DNA from: Mustelus asterias
Lineage: Eukaryota
Length of the DNA: 64,000 bases
Direction: 5' to 3'
Assembly: GCF_964213995.1 (NCBI RefSeq)
Contig: NC_135816.1
Location: 46,624,001 to 46,688,000, forward strand
In this document: piece by piece, positions 63,689 to 64,000 of the stretch
How positions within the stretch are numbered: position 1 is the stretch's first letter
How the letters are laid out: every line of letters begins with the position of its first letter
Notes under the pieces: model-generated
What the model was told of the DNA's origin: nothing
Seen by the model: only the letters and a program-made list of their open reading frames with translations
Database searches by the model: none
Translations under genes and position numbers: made by a program

Positions 63689-64000
63689 AAAAAAACAGCC
63701 AAGAAAAACACAGCTGCAACAGCACACACCGCACAAGAATAGGACAAGAGATCTTTCTCCCCACCCCAGCTTTAGCATTATATTTTACCCTGATGAGTAG
63801 CAAAAATAATTTATTCCTTTTCTTATCTCAGTCTCAAGGGTTTCCCTAATGAAGTACAGACTAAACAGTTTGACTTTTAGCAGATTGCAACAACAGGCAC
63901 TCCTAAATATGCACAGGCATTCTGGGCCAACAATGCCAATTCAATTTCAGATGAAAATTATCTGAGACTTTTCTGAAAAGTGTAAATGAAACCACAAAAC

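Overview
Eukaryotic, repeat-dense, apparently intronic or intergenic DNA from a cartilaginous fish (shark). The call rests on many HE1-type V-SINEs, HER1/CR1 LINEs and DeuSINE (SacSINE1-like) copies. No intact host gene could be identified, and most ORFs in the track are TE fragments or spurious. Content: CR1, L2-like and Rex1/Babar LINEs, four SINE types, a truncated Ty3/Gypsy provirus, solo LTRs, Harbinger-like MITEs, a hAT MITE, a hAT transposase fossil, a Penelope-type fold-back with hammerhead cores, 5S and U2 pseudogenes, and a processed RPL39 pseudogene. Most notable observations: (1) the Gypsy element has no tRNA PBS, and instead has a perfect 14-nt complement to its own LTR covering the AATAAA (self-priming and/or poly(A) occlusion); (2) head-to-tail 5S units joined by a 6-bp spacer occur at two dispersed loci; (3) a spliced RPL39 copy sits inside a TIR/TSD-bounded Harbinger-like MITE; (4) a 202-bp near-perfect Penelope hairpin; (5) several candidate short phase-0 first exons on the minus strand. 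All family names are recognised by eye, not by database search. Boundaries without TSDs are approximate.
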